This document shows, piece by piece, positions 31,566 through 41,282 of a stretch of 64,000 nucleotides of DNA (position 1 is its first letter; each line of letters opens with the position of its first letter). Source of the DNA: an uncultured delta proteobacterium (GTDB lineage: Bacteria > Myxococcota_A > Polyangia > Polyangiales > B10-G4); NCBI GenBank assembly GCA_963727445.1, contig CAVSGI010000014.1:224001-288000 (forward strand). The letters are read 5' to 3'. A program made the position numbers and the translations under genes. The notes beneath the pieces are model-generated. The model saw only the letters and a program-made list of their open reading frames with translations. It did no database searches and was not told the origin of the DNA.

Positions 31566-34562
31566 CTACGCGAGACCCTTCAAGAACCCGAGGCGCTGCG
31601 CCAGCCGGACGTCACCGTCCACCCGGAGCGCGCCGCGCTGATAGAGATCTTTGGCGTCGGCTTCGCCCTTTGCCAAGGCCTCGAAGTCCTCGTCCGCGAG
31701 GGTGAAGACCGCGTCGGCGCCCTCGCGGGTGCCGGGCTTCACCGCGCCCGCGCCCCCGGCGAGGTCGACGACGTAGGCCGCGTCGGGATCGGTCAGACGG
31801 AACTGGAGCACCGCCTGCACCTCCGCCGCGATGCCCGGGTCCTCGGCGATCCGCGCGCCGAGTGCATCGAAAAGCGCCGGGCCTGTCGCCTCGCGCCCGG
31901 TGCCCGCCGCGGCCTCCGCGCCGGAACCCGCCCCCGCGCTCTTCCTCTTCTCGACCTCGTCCCGAACGGCGTCCGCATCGATGTCCTGGAGGAAGGTCAG
32001 CTTCTGCGACGCCATCACGTCGCCGCTGATCTTCAGCTGACCTCCGAAGTAGAGCTTCTGCGCGTCGGCCTCGCCCTTCACCATCGCGACGAAGTCGGAC
32101 TCGCTGAGCTCGAGGGTGCAGTCCGGCTTTTCGCTCTCGCCCGGCGTGACCGAGCCCCCGTCGTTCTTGAGGTCGAGGGTCCAGGCGCTCGCCGGATCCG
32201 TGAGCCTGAAGAGGTAGACCTTGCCCACGTTCTTCGCGAGCTCGGGGTGGGTCTCGACGTGCACCTGCATCGCGAGGAACGCGTCGAGGCTCGCCGGGGC
32301 CGCGGACGGACCTGCCGCCGCTGCGCCCACGCCGCCGGAGCCAGAGAGCCGCTCGGCCAGGGCGCTCTCCACCAGCTTCGGATCGACGTCCTTCAAGAAC
32401 GTCAGCTTCTGTGACGCCATCACGTCACCGCTGATCTTGAGCTGCCCGCCGAAGTAGAGCTTCTGGGCGTCGGCCTTGCCGGTGCACATGTCGATGAAGT
32501 CGCTTGCCGAGATCTCGAGGGTGCAGTCGGGCTTGGCCCCCGCGCCTGCGGTGACGCTCCCGCCATCGTCCTTCAGATTCATGGTGTAGTCGCCACCGCC
32601 CTCGACCTTCCAGAGGAAGACCTTCTGGACCTTGTCGGCGAGCTCGGGGTGTGCCTGGACGTGCGCGTCGACCGCGTGGAAGACGTCGGCCGGCACCACC
32701 TCGGCGGGCCCCGCGTCGGCGAGCTCGCCTTCGGCCTTCTTCGGCTTGGCCACCTTCTGCGGGATCTCCTCGTAGAGGATCAGCGCCGCGTTCTTGAGCA
32801 CCACCTCGTCGCGCTCCTCGACCTTGCAGGAGAAGACGATGCGGGTGTCCGACTCCTTCCACATCTCGGTGACCAGCGTCTCCCCCGGGAAGACCGGCTT
32901 GGCGAAGCGCACCTTGATGGACTTGAAGAAGCGCGGGTCGCCGTCTTTGGCGAAAGCCGACAGCACGTGACGGGCCGCGTAGCCGTAGGTGCAGAGCCCG
33001 TGAAGGATGGGCTTTTCGTAGCCGAAGGCCTTCGCGAAGCTCGGGTCGGCGTGAAGCGGGTTCCAGTCGCCGCTCAGGCGATAGAGGAGCGCTTGGTTTT
33101 CGTCGATCTTCTGCTTCACCACCTCGTCGGGCGCGCGCTCCGGCGGCACGTTCTCGTCGCCGCTCGGCCCCCGGTCCCCACCCCAGCCACCGGCGCCGCG
33201 CACGAAGACCGTGTTCTCGTTGACGATGAGCAGGTCGCCGTCCTCGTCGTAGCTCTTGGTCTCGGTCACGACCACCGCGCCCTTGCCCTTGTCGTAGATG
33301 TTCTTGATGTAGGAGTGGTGCGTGAGCTTCGCGTGGGGCGGCAGCGGCCGAACCAGGTGGGTGTACTGCTCGCCGTGCAGGACGCGGTCGAGGCCGTAGT
33401 TCATCCCGGGCGCCGTGACGCCGCGCTTCGCCATGTCGAGGATCCCGTTGACCGCCGGCACGACGCCGTAGGTCGGCAGCGCCTTGAACCCGTCGCCGCT
33501 CATCTCGTAGACGAGCGACAGGTCGTGGGCGTCGAGGGGATCACTCGCCGCGCCCACACCGAGCGCGTAGATCGCCAGATCACGCTCGTCGTACTTGCTG
33601 GTCCACTCGGGGAACTCGTATCCGAGCGCCAGGTCGACGTCGACGAACTCGTTGCCGCCCTTCGACGGCCCCGCCTGGATGTTCTGCATGATCGGCTGCA
33701 TCGACTCGGTGATGTTCGAGGGATGCTCGCTCTCTTCGAAGCCGGCGATCTTCTCCCACGACGTCTGAACGTCCTCGGGCGAGATCGCGCGGCCCAAGCG
33801 GAACATCCGGCCGTGAGCGCGCTCCCAGCGAAGCTTGCCGAAGTAGCCGCCGCCGACCTCGAAGAGTCCGCCGCTCTCCTCGCAGTCCTCGTGGCAGAGC
33901 CACGCCACGAGCGGGCTCACGTACTCCGGACGCAGCGCGTCGGTGATCTCCTTCGGGAGCACCGTCTCGGTCAGACGCGAGCCGGCGATGGGCGCGATGG
34001 TGTTGACCTGGATGTTGCGCTTGCGACCCTCGATCGCGAGGGTGTTCGCGAAGCCGGCGAGGCCGAGCTTGGCCATCGCGTAGTTCGCCTGGCCGAAGTT
34101 GCCGTAGATGCCCGCGGCCGACGCCGTCATCACGATGCGCCCGTAGCTCTGCTCGCGCATGTGCGGCCACGCGGCGTGGGTCACGGCGAATGAGCCGCGG
34201 ACGTGCACGCGATAGACGAGGTCCCAGTCCTCTTCGGTCATCTTGTGGAAGCTGACGTCGCGCAGGATGCCGGCGTTGTTGACGACGATGTCGATGCGGC
34301 CGAAGGCGTCGAGCGCCTGTTCGACGATCTTCTTCCCGTCCTCGACCGAGTCGTAGTTGGCGACCGCCTCACCCCCGGCCTCTTCGATCTGAGCCACGAC
34401 CTGGTCGGCGACCTTGCCGCTCTTGCCCTCCCCGGTGGCGCTCCCACCGAGGTCGTTCACGACCACCTTGGCCCCTCGCGCGGCGAGGAGTGTCGCGTGT
34501 GCGCGTCCGAGCCCCTGCCCCGCGCCGGTGACGATGGCGACCTTGTCGTCGAACCTCAGCAT
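31566..34562 (-). CDS. MFE-2/HSD17B4-like enzyme: SDR dehydrogenase, hydratase 2 and three SCP2 domains
   Basis: TGAGQGLG, NNAGILRD, YGNFGQANYAMAK; YRLSGDWNPLHADP and ILHGLCTYG; three D..l.....dF.....G..d...Ly..G.L...GD SCP2 repeats. GAGGAGG SD. Confidence 0.92.
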   Translation of the reverse strand: MLRFDDKVAIVTGAGQGLGRAHATLLAARGAKVVVNDLGGSATGEGKSGKVADQVVAQIEEAGGEAVANYDSVEDGKKIVEQALDAFGRIDIVVNNAGILRDVSFHKMTEEDWDLVYRVHVRGSFAVTHAAWPHMREQSYGRIVMTASAAGIYGNFGQANYAMAKLGLAGFANTLAIEGRKRNIQVNTIAPIAGSRLTETVLPKEITDALRPEYVSPLVAWLCHEDCEESGGLFEVGGGYFGKLRWERAHGRMFRLGRAISPEDVQTSWEKIAGFEESEHPSNITESMQPIMQNIQAGPSKGGNEFVDVDLALGYEFPEWTSKYDERDLAIYALGVGAASDPLDAHDLSLVYEMSGDGFKALPTYGVVPAVNGILDMAKRGVTAPGMNYGLDRVLHGEQYTHLVRPLPPHAKLTHHSYIKNIYDKGKGAVVVTETKSYDEDGDLLIVNENTVFVRGAGGWGGDRGPSGDENVPPERAPDEVVKQKIDENQALLYRLSGDWNPLHADPSFAKAFGYEKPILHGLCTYGYAARHVLSAFAKDGDPRFFKSIKVRFAKPVFPGETLVTEMWKESDTRIVFSCKVEERDEVVLKNAALILYEEIPQKVAKPKKAEGELADAGPAEVVPADVFHAVDAHVQAHPELADKVQKVFLWKVEGGGDYTMNLKDDGGSVTAGAGAKPDCTLEISASDFIDMCTGKADAQKLYFGGQLKISGDVMASQKLTFLKDVDPKLVESALAERLSGSGGVGAAAAGPSAAPASLDAFLAMQVHVETHPELAKNVGKVYLFRLTDPASAWTLDLKNDGGSVTPGESEKPDCTLELSESDFVAMVKGEADAQKLYFGGQLKISGDVMASQKLTFLQDIDADAVRDEVEKRKSAGAGSGAEAAAGTGREATGPALFDALGARIAEDPGIAAEVQAVLQFRLTDPDAAYVVDLAGGAGAVKPGTREGADAVFTLADEDFEALAKGEADAKDLYQRGALRVDGDVRLAQRLGFLKGLA

Positions 34563-34685
34563 CTCAGCCTCCTCTGCGCCGCGAGCCCTCCACAGAGCTT
34601 CGCTTGGCAATATTTAGCGTGCGAAATATCCGTGCGCGCGGGGCCCCGGTCAACCCGGTTTTTGCAGCCGGATGCGGAAAGTCGC

Positions 34686-35000
34686 TTAAGGCTCGAGGAG
34701 GGAGCGGAGCCGCTCCATCAGCAGCTGCTCTCCACGGGCGATCTCGCCGCTGGCGCCCATGGCGGCTTCGAGCTCGACCACCAGCGCCTGCCGGACCTCC
34801 GGGCTCAGGCTGGCCACCCGCTCCTCGGCCGGGCTGTCCACGTCGATGCCCTTGATGGCCTCCTTCTTCTCGGCGTCGCTCATCCCGAGGCGGTCCATGA
34901 CCCCCTCGAAATGCTCGCGTTCGGTGTCCTCGAGCGCGCCGTCCGCGATCAGCATCTGGCCGATGACCTGCGCGCACGTCACCTTCTGAGCGGAGTCCAT
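34686..35000 (-). CDS. TerB-like small helical protein
   Basis: MLIADGALEDTERE and second half ASGEIARGEQ. Confidence 0.7.
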   Translation of the reverse strand: MDSAQKVTCAQVIGQMLIADGALEDTEREHFEGVMDRLGMSDAEKKEAIKGIDVDSPAEERVASLSPEVRQALVVELEAAMGASGEIARGEQLLMERLRSLLEP

Positions 35001-35078
35001 GGGGTGGAGAATCGCGAGCTTCCGCCGCGCGATCAAGCCCCATTTGAGCGTTGGGAGAGCCCCGGCTATCCTCAATCC

Positions 35079-36239
35079 ATGCGCTGGTCTCCCGCCGCGT
35101 TCCTGGGCCTGCTAGTCCTCGCGCCCCTCACGGGGTGCGTGGGCATCGTGGGCGAGCTCGACGACGGCAGCGTCGGGCGCGATGGAGGCGGCGGGGCCGA
35201 TGCCGCGACCGATGCCCCCCGCATCCGATTGATGGACAGCGGCGGCCCGGCGGACGGCGGCCCCTCCGACAGCGGGAGCGCTGGGGACACGAACCCGCCG
35301 CCATCGGACAGCGGCTCGTCCTCCGATACCGGCACCACGATGTGCCCTTCCGGACAGTCGCGTTGTGGCGGCAGCTGCATCGACACCAGCGGCGACCCGA
35401 GCAACTGCGGCATGTGCGGACGCATCTGCTCGACCGGCGCGACCTGCAGCGGCGGCACCTGCATGGGCGGCAGCGGCTGCGCGCCAGCGCCCGGCGGCTC
35501 GACTTCGGGCGCCCAGACCGCGATTCAAGCGGTCAACGACGCCCGCCTCGCGATGGGTGTGCCGTGCATGGAGATGATCGCCGAGATCAACACCAGCGCG
35601 CAGAACCACTGCGACTACTACGCGATGGGTGGCTCGTCCTGCCAGGCGGGGCATCAGGAGATCATGGGCTGCCCCGGGTTCACCGGCGTGAACTTCTGGG
35701 AGCGCATGTCCTACGCCGGTTACACCGGCTCGGCGGCGTCGGAGGACATGGCGTTCAGCAACAACGCCGGCAGCGCCGTGCAGCAGTGGATCGACTCGGT
35801 CTGGCATCGCACGCCGATCCTCTCCCCCTGGGTGCGTCACTGCGGCTACGGCGGCGCGCCCGGCTGCGACACCATGGACTTCGGGCGCGGCCCCTCGACG
35901 CCGTCGGGCGTCACCGCCGTCTGGCCCTACGCCAATCAAACGGGCGTGCCGACCTCCTTCGACGGGCGCTACGAAGGCCCCATGCCTCCAGCGCCCCCGA
36001 GCGGATGGCCCAGCGGCTACCCGATCACCATCTACGCCAACGCCAGCATCACTGGCCACACGCTGACCGTCGACGGAAGCTCCACCCCCATCGACCACGT
36101 GTGGATCACCCCCGACGACTCGCCCCTGCTCAGCACCGAATACGTGATGTATGCGCACGAGCCCTTGAGCAGCCGCACCACCTACCGGGTCCACGTCACT
36201 GGCGGCGTCGACCTCGAGTGGGTTTTCACGACCCGCTGA
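35079..36239 (+). CDS. Lipoprotein with a Cys-rich (Stig1-like) motif and a CAP/SCP domain
   Basis: Lipobox LTGC; CIDTSGDPSNCGMCGRIC; VNDAR, SAQNHCDY, WIDSVWHRTPIL. Confidence 0.8.
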   Translation: MRWSPAAFLGLLVLAPLTGCVGIVGELDDGSVGRDGGGGADAATDAPRIRLMDSGGPADGGPSDSGSAGDTNPPPSDSGSSSDTGTTMCPSGQSRCGGSCIDTSGDPSNCGMCGRICSTGATCSGGTCMGGSGCAPAPGGSTSGAQTAIQAVNDARLAMGVPCMEMIAEINTSAQNHCDYYAMGGSSCQAGHQEIMGCPGFTGVNFWERMSYAGYTGSAASEDMAFSNNAGSAVQQWIDSVWHRTPILSPWVRHCGYGGAPGCDTMDFGRGPSTPSGVTAVWPYANQTGVPTSFDGRYEGPMPPAPPSGWPSGYPITIYANASITGHTLTVDGSSTPIDHVWITPDDSPLLSTEYVMYAHEPLSSRTTYRVHVTGGVDLEWVFTTR

Positions 36240-36243
36240 GCGC

Positions 36244-36801
36244 TCAAGCCCGCTTGGTGCTCTGCCCCAGGGTCACGCCGCCCGCGATGAGATGCGCGAC
36301 GCGAAGCGGCTCCGGCAGATTGCCGTGCAGCGTGGTCGCTTCGAGGAGACGCTCGGCGTCGCGCTTCCCGAGGCCGATGCGCTGGACCCACACCGCGCCG
36401 AGCTTCTCCATCTTCCCCGCAGCCTCGATCAGCTCCCACTTGCGCGCGCCGCCCGGAACGCTCTCGAGCGCGCGCTCGACGCGCGCGTAGCGGGGCGCGC
36501 GGCGCGCCACCACCAGCACCGGGACGCCGAGCTCCTCGTTCAATCGATGCACGTCCACCACGTTGAACCCCGCGACCGCGATCCCCTGCAGAAGCACCGC
36601 GCGAATGTGCTCTTCGAAGCGGGAGCCGCGCACCATGTCGATCATGCGCTCGGTCGAATTGCGACCGTCTCGCCGCACCTTGCTGGACAGCACGCCCTCG
36701 AGCCGCGTGCGCGAGAAGACCGCGCCCACCAGGAGCACGTCACCCCGATGACCCGGCGGAAACGCACCGTCGTCGAAGCCGATGACGTTGGTGAGGGTCA
36801 C
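36244..36801 (-). CDS. DUF99-family protein (endonuclease V-like fold)
   Basis: VIGFDDGAF, LLQGIAVAGFNVVD, GNLPEPLRVAHLIA. Confidence 0.85.
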   Translation of the reverse strand: MTLTNVIGFDDGAFPPGHRGDVLLVGAVFSRTRLEGVLSSKVRRDGRNSTERMIDMVRGSRFEEHIRAVLLQGIAVAGFNVVDVHRLNEELGVPVLVVARRAPRYARVERALESVPGGARKWELIEAAGKMEKLGAVWVQRIGLGKRDAERLLEATTLHGNLPEPLRVAHLIAGGVTLGQSTKRA

Positions 36802-37466
36802 GAGAGCGCTCGATGGGCGGCGTCGCGCAGGGCCGGCCCGAGCTCCGCGGGCACGTCCGCCGGAAGATACCGGGCGTCACGCGGATCGAGACCGACGAGG
36901 GTCGCGGCGAGGACCAACGCAGCGAGGTGAGAGCCCGCGGGCGCCGCGTGATGGAGGTCGTCGTCGTGAAGGACCAACGACGGGTGGTCTTCGAGGGCGA
37001 TGAGCCACGCGTCTCCCACCGGCGCGACGTCACCGCCGGTGCGGGCGGCCATCCCCCGATACGCCTCGCGGAGGAGCCGGGTCATCGCCCTGCGGTCGCC
37101 GCCGCTCCACGCGCTCTCGTAGGCCTCGTGACCGGCGGCGCGCGCCCAGGTCTGGTACCAGACGAGGCGCGCGCCCACCGCCTTGCCTGCCTCGGCGAGC
37201 TTCGGTGCGAACTCTTCGAAGCGCGCGCGGTCGTGCAAGGGCCCGCCGGACTGATCCTGAAGCACCAGGACGTCGAAGCCGCCGCGCTCGATGCGCGCAC
37301 GTGCTCCGGTCCCGTTCTGGTAGTGCAGCTCCACGTGGGCACCCCCCTCGGCCACCGTCTCGACCTCGAGCGGATGACCGGCCTCGGCGGCGAGAGTCGC
37401 GACCTGCGCGGGCACGTCGTTGTAGAAGGTGTACGAGTTACCGACGAAGAGGACGTGTTGGGACAT
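36798..37466 (-). CDS. SGNH/GDSL-like hydrolase
   Basis: VLFVGNSYT, VLVLQDQS, APVGDAW, DLHH...GSHLAA. Confidence 0.8.
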   Translation of the reverse strand: MSQHVLFVGNSYTFYNDVPAQVATLAAEAGHPLEVETVAEGGAHVELHYQNGTGARARIERGGFDVLVLQDQSGGPLHDRARFEEFAPKLAEAGKAVGARLVWYQTWARAAGHEAYESAWSGGDRRAMTRLLREAYRGMAARTGGDVAPVGDAWLIALEDHPSLVLHDDDLHHAAPAGSHLAALVLAATLVGLDPRDARYLPADVPAELGPALRDAAHRALS

Positions 37467-37506
37467 CGGTGGGCCAGTCTACGCCGCCAGCATCTCGATC
37501 GATGAT

Positions 37507-38001
37507 ATGAATGTGTCCGTGAACAGCCGCGCGCGCATGCTCTTCGGACTCGGGATCGTCCTGGTCATCGCCGCCGCAGCGACGTTCGTCTACGCACGCT
37601 ACGACATGGAGGCGCGCATTCGCGGCTACGCCCCCGCCATCGACCACATCGGCTACGGCCGCGGCGGATGGGTGCCGACCCAGCCAGAGTTCGAGAGCCA
37701 GGCGCGCGCCGCAGCCGACGAGCTCGGTCTCGAGCTCGTGAGCTTCGCCGTGACGCGCAGCGTGGAGAACGGACGCGACGCTGCCGGCCAGCTCGCGCAG
37801 GATCGCATCGGGGACCTGGGAACGATTCGCATGGAGCTCGTCCGCTACCAGGTGCGCGCCTCGGTGGTCGCGCGAAAGTGGTTCTTCTCTCGTTCCGGCG
37901 AGCTCGCCGTCGATCGCACCTACCGGCGAGAGGTCACCCTCGAGACGCCGCATCCCGCGCCGACGCTGCCCTCGGCGCCCGCCGAGCCGCGCGGGCTCTG
38001 A
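37507..38001 (+). CDS. Hypothetical membrane-anchored protein
   Basis: N-terminal TM segment; coding-like codon bias. Confidence 0.6.
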   Translation: MNVSVNSRARMLFGLGIVLVIAAAATFVYARYDMEARIRGYAPAIDHIGYGRGGWVPTQPEFESQARAAADELGLELVSFAVTRSVENGRDAAGQLAQDRIGDLGTIRMELVRYQVRASVVARKWFFSRSGELAVDRTYRREVTLETPHPAPTLPSAPAEPRGL

Positions 38002-38006
38002 CTTCG

Positions 38007-39107
38007 TCAGGCATCGCGTCCCGAGAGCAGGCCGAGCTCGCCCAGGAGCCTTCCCACCGCACGAAAGCCCTGGCGGCGTCCGAGCTGAAGGATGTGTCCA
38101 CCGGTGAAGATCTCGAGGGGCGCCTGGAGATGAGAGGCGAGGCGCTTTGCGTGTGCCGGCGGCGTGATGCGGTCACCCCGCGCGGCCACCACCAGCCGCC
38201 CTTCGGGTGCGACCTTCGGTGCCCGCGACAGCGGGCTCACCACGGCGAGGGCCTCTTCGAGGAGCGCGTGCTGGCGCCGCCGCTGTGACGCCGTGCCCAC
38301 CAGGCGGTCCCCGTCGCGCGCGAAGTCGGCGATGGACGCGAGGGGGATGAAGGGGATCGCGAAGCGGAGCTCGACGACCAGGGTGGCGAGGAGCGCCGTG
38401 GTGTAGCCGCCGAGGCTCATCCCCATCACCCCGACCGCGGGTGCGCCGCGCGCCGCGAGGAACGCCTGAAGGGCACGGAAGTCCCACACCGCCTGACGGA
38501 AGCCTTCGATGGTGATGCGGGGATCGCTCGACGGGAACTTGGGTCTGCCCGGCGCGCGGCGCTCCCCGTGGAGCGGCAGGACGAAGAGCACCACGTCGAG
38601 GCCTTTGTCGAAGAGCCAACGCAGCGGCCAGGCCTTCTCTTCGAACGCGTGGACGCCGCCGAGATAGCCATGCACCAGCACGATGGTGGGCGCCGGCTCG
38701 TCGTGTAGGAACAGTCGAGCGTGGGCGCGGGTGTTTTCCTCGAAGCTCAGATACCTGTCTGCGAGCTCTTCGGCAAAGGGGCGATAGCCGCTGTCCCATC
38801 GGGCGTCGACGACCTCGCCCTGCCCGAAGCGCCTCACCTTCGCGAGCTCCGGCGATGGCGTCTCGGGGCGCAGAAAGAAGCCTGAGGCATCGGCGACGTG
38901 AGGCTGGTAACGCTCGGCGACGCGCCGCAGCGCCTCGGCGCGCTCGCGCGGTCCCAGCGACTCGGCCGAGGACTTTCTCCGCGAACGCTCGGAGCGCGAG
39001 AGCGCCACCAGGTGCCCGAACTGATCCACCCCGGACGCCAAAAGGTCCAGCGGGGTCTTCGGATCGGCCATCAGATCGAACCCGCCGGCATGCATGACTT
39101 GTAGCAC
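38007..39107 (-). CDS. Alpha/beta hydrolase (start may be the ATG at 39071)
   Basis: VLVHGY, LPLHGER, nucleophile elbow GMSLGG, GDRI, GGH. Confidence 0.85.
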   Translation of the reverse strand: MLQVMHAGGFDLMADPKTPLDLLASGVDQFGHLVALSRSERSRRKSSAESLGPRERAEALRRVAERYQPHVADASGFFLRPETPSPELAKVRRFGQGEVVDARWDSGYRPFAEELADRYLSFEENTRAHARLFLHDEPAPTIVLVHGYLGGVHAFEEKAWPLRWLFDKGLDVVLFVLPLHGERRAPGRPKFPSSDPRITIEGFRQAVWDFRALQAFLAARGAPAVGVMGMSLGGYTTALLATLVVELRFAIPFIPLASIADFARDGDRLVGTASQRRRQHALLEEALAVVSPLSRAPKVAPEGRLVVAARGDRITPPAHAKRLASHLQAPLEIFTGGHILQLGRRQGFRAVGRLLGELGLLSGRDA

Positions 39108-39128
39108 GGGGCGGGCCGCGGCTTCAGC

Positions 39129-39959
39129 TCAGGCGGGCGGGGCCACAGGTCGGCCGACGCGAACGATCCGCGGGGCGGGCGCGTAGCGGACGACCTCGCT
39201 GTGGCTGTCTTCGCCGCGCTCGAACACCACGCGCACCACCAGGCCCTCCCGCCCCTCGGACTCGACGACCTGCGCGCCGGCGGCGAGGGTCGGGTCGGCG
39301 ACCACGCGCTCGCGGATCGGGAGCACGCGGACGCGCTCCGAGTGAAAGGTCGTCGGCGCGACGTCTTCGGCGCCCGTGATCACCACGAGCAGGTCGTCGG
39401 TGGTGGTGGTCTTGGTGCGCACGGCGACCGGGAAGTCGTAGGGGTTCTGGATGCGGTAATCCACACGACCGTCCACCACGGTGGCGTCCATCCCCGGATC
39501 GACGTAGTGCGAGGGGCGCGAGTGGGGGCGGCGCTCGACGACGGTGAGCCCGGCCTCGACCGCGGCCACGTGGAGCGTGGTGGCGACCTGGCAGACGCCG
39601 CCACCGATACCGCGGCGGATCTCGCCGTTCGCGATGACCGGCGCGTACGCGAAGCCCTCCGCTTCGGTGCGATGACCAACGGTCTCGTTGAAGCTCAGCG
39701 CCTCGCCGGGGGCGAGGACGATGCCGTTCAGGCGCTCCGCGGCGACGCGCACGTTCGCGGCGCGACCCGCGAAACGGCCATGGCTCGGGAAATGGGTGCG
39801 CTGCTCGCCGATGGTGAAGGCGAAGGCGCCACCAGCGATGAGCTCCGTTTCCTCACCCGGCTGATCCCCCGGCCCGTATGCGGCGGACGCCACGGGGGCG
39901 AAGGTGGAAAAGGAAATCGCCAAGATGGTGAGCCAGGTTCCGATTCGTCGCGTCGTCAA
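39129..39959 (-). CDS. VanW-family secreted protein with a G5-like tail
   Basis: R..NV..AA..LNG..L.PGE..SFN..VG, GGGVCQVATTL, ERRPHS, PGMDATV. TTG at 39959 with GGAGGA SD. Confidence 0.85.
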   Translation of the reverse strand: MTTRRIGTWLTILAISFSTFAPVASAAYGPGDQPGEETELIAGGAFAFTIGEQRTHFPSHGRFAGRAANVRVAAERLNGIVLAPGEALSFNETVGHRTEAEGFAYAPVIANGEIRRGIGGGVCQVATTLHVAAVEAGLTVVERRPHSRPSHYVDPGMDATVVDGRVDYRIQNPYDFPVAVRTKTTTTDDLLVVITGAEDVAPTTFHSERVRVLPIRERVVADPTLAAGAQVVESEGREGLVVRVVFERGEDSHSEVVRYAPAPRIVRVGRPVAPPA

Positions 39960-40006
39960 TCTCGTGTCCTCCCGTGATGCCCGTCCCTGGGCACACGGAG
40001 GACTTC

Positions 40007-40021
40007 GCAAAGGCGCTGCCA
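40007..40021 (-). promoter_or_regulatory. Candidate sigma-54 promoter for the VanW-family gene
   Basis: Minus strand TGGCAGCGCCTTTGC fits GG-N10-GC with TTGC, about 48 bp upstream of the start. Confidence 0.5.
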
Positions 40022-40153
40022 ATCAACACGCGCCGATACCACTCGACAATTCGACGATTCCGAGGACTCGGTGCGGCTCCCGACACAGCGGGCCGTGTCG
40101 CTGGAGACACGAAATCGCCCCGCCGCGGAATAAACGGCCGCTCGGCCAGGACC

Positions 40154-41143
40154 TCAGGGCGTGGGGGTGACGGCCGCGGCGCGGTAGCTGAGCAGCACGT
40201 CACCGCAGGTGTACATCTGGCCCGAGCGCAACGTGTAGTTGAACGTGTCGACGATGACGTAATAGGTGCCGGGCTCGAGGGTCATGGTGATCCGCGACTC
40301 CCGGACCTCGTACATCGTGCCGCTCGAGCATCCGAACGCGGTCTCTCCACAGGGGAGGTCGTCGCTGCACGCGATCTGCGAGGTGCGTGATTCGCAGTCG
40401 GTGCGGATGTAGAGGATGGTGTCGATGGCGGCCCGCCCGTCGTCGTCCCGCAGGTCCAGGGTCACGGTCTGCCGGCTGGTCAGCGTGATGGCGTACATGA
40501 GGTCGCCCCCATTGGAGCGCTGCATCGCCGGACAGCCGCCACCGTCGCCGGTCGGCAGGTGGTCGGTGTCGTCTCCCTGCCCACACGTGTTCACCATCAC
40601 CGAAGCGCCGAGCGCCAGGGGAGGCACACCCGGGCAGCTCGTCGTGGGCGGCGGGCGGCAGGCGTTCGTGTCGGGATCGCAGCCATACATGCAGTCCATG
40701 CGCATCTCGTGCATCCCGCGCGCATCGCAGGTCGCGACCCGACCGGAGCCGTCGCAGCGGGAGGACCCCGGCGTGCAGCTCCAGTCGACACACTCGCTGT
40801 CCATGCAGTAGCTGCCCATCGACTGGCAGTCGGTGGTCGTCGGAACCCCATCGGGGCAGCTCACGAGCACGTCGCCCTCGCAGTAGGGGTCGCCCATGCA
40901 CGCCATGGTGGCGTCGACCACCGTCGCATCGGGAGGTGTGGTGGCGTCCGAGACGCCGCCATCGCCGGGTCCACCGCTGTCCATGAGCACGATCGGCGGT
41001 CCGGTGTCTGATCCGGTCCCGGTGTCGGTGGTGGTCCCACCATCCCCGCCGAGTCGGCTCTCGTCGGGGCTGACGATGGCGCTGCAGCCCCCGAGGACCA
41101 GCGCTGATAGGAGCAGGGAGAAGCAAAGAGAGCGGCACGGCAT
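40154..41143 (-). CDS. Cys-rich lipoprotein with DAG linker and a C-terminal PPC-like domain
   Basis: Lipobox LGGC; DTILYIRTDC...IACSDD...LEPGTYYVIVD. Confidence 0.75.
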   Translation of the reverse strand: MPCRSLCFSLLLSALVLGGCSAIVSPDESRLGGDGGTTTDTGTGSDTGPPIVLMDSGGPGDGGVSDATTPPDATVVDATMACMGDPYCEGDVLVSCPDGVPTTTDCQSMGSYCMDSECVDWSCTPGSSRCDGSGRVATCDARGMHEMRMDCMYGCDPDTNACRPPPTTSCPGVPPLALGASVMVNTCGQGDDTDHLPTGDGGGCPAMQRSNGGDLMYAITLTSRQTVTLDLRDDDGRAAIDTILYIRTDCESRTSQIACSDDLPCGETAFGCSSGTMYEVRESRITMTLEPGTYYVIVDTFNYTLRSGQMYTCGDVLLSYRAAAVTPTP

Positions 41144-41282
41144 GGGCCCATGATAGCGCGCGGCCCCGCCCTGACGAAGGCGACCCCTCCAGAGGGCAAC
41201 ACAGCGGTCGAAAACCGAATCCGCTCTCCCCGTAACCCTCTACTACTGATAACATTTTCCGCTCTCTGGAGGAGAGTTCGTC

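Noticed and set aside
37325..37345. parS-like CCACGTGG
   Set aside because: Only the 8-bp centre of the 16-bp TGTTCCACGTGGAACA palindrome, and it lies inside a CDS
39129..39959. Vancomycin resistance locus
   Set aside because: VanW-domain genes are widespread alone, and no vanHAX or vanRS genes are present
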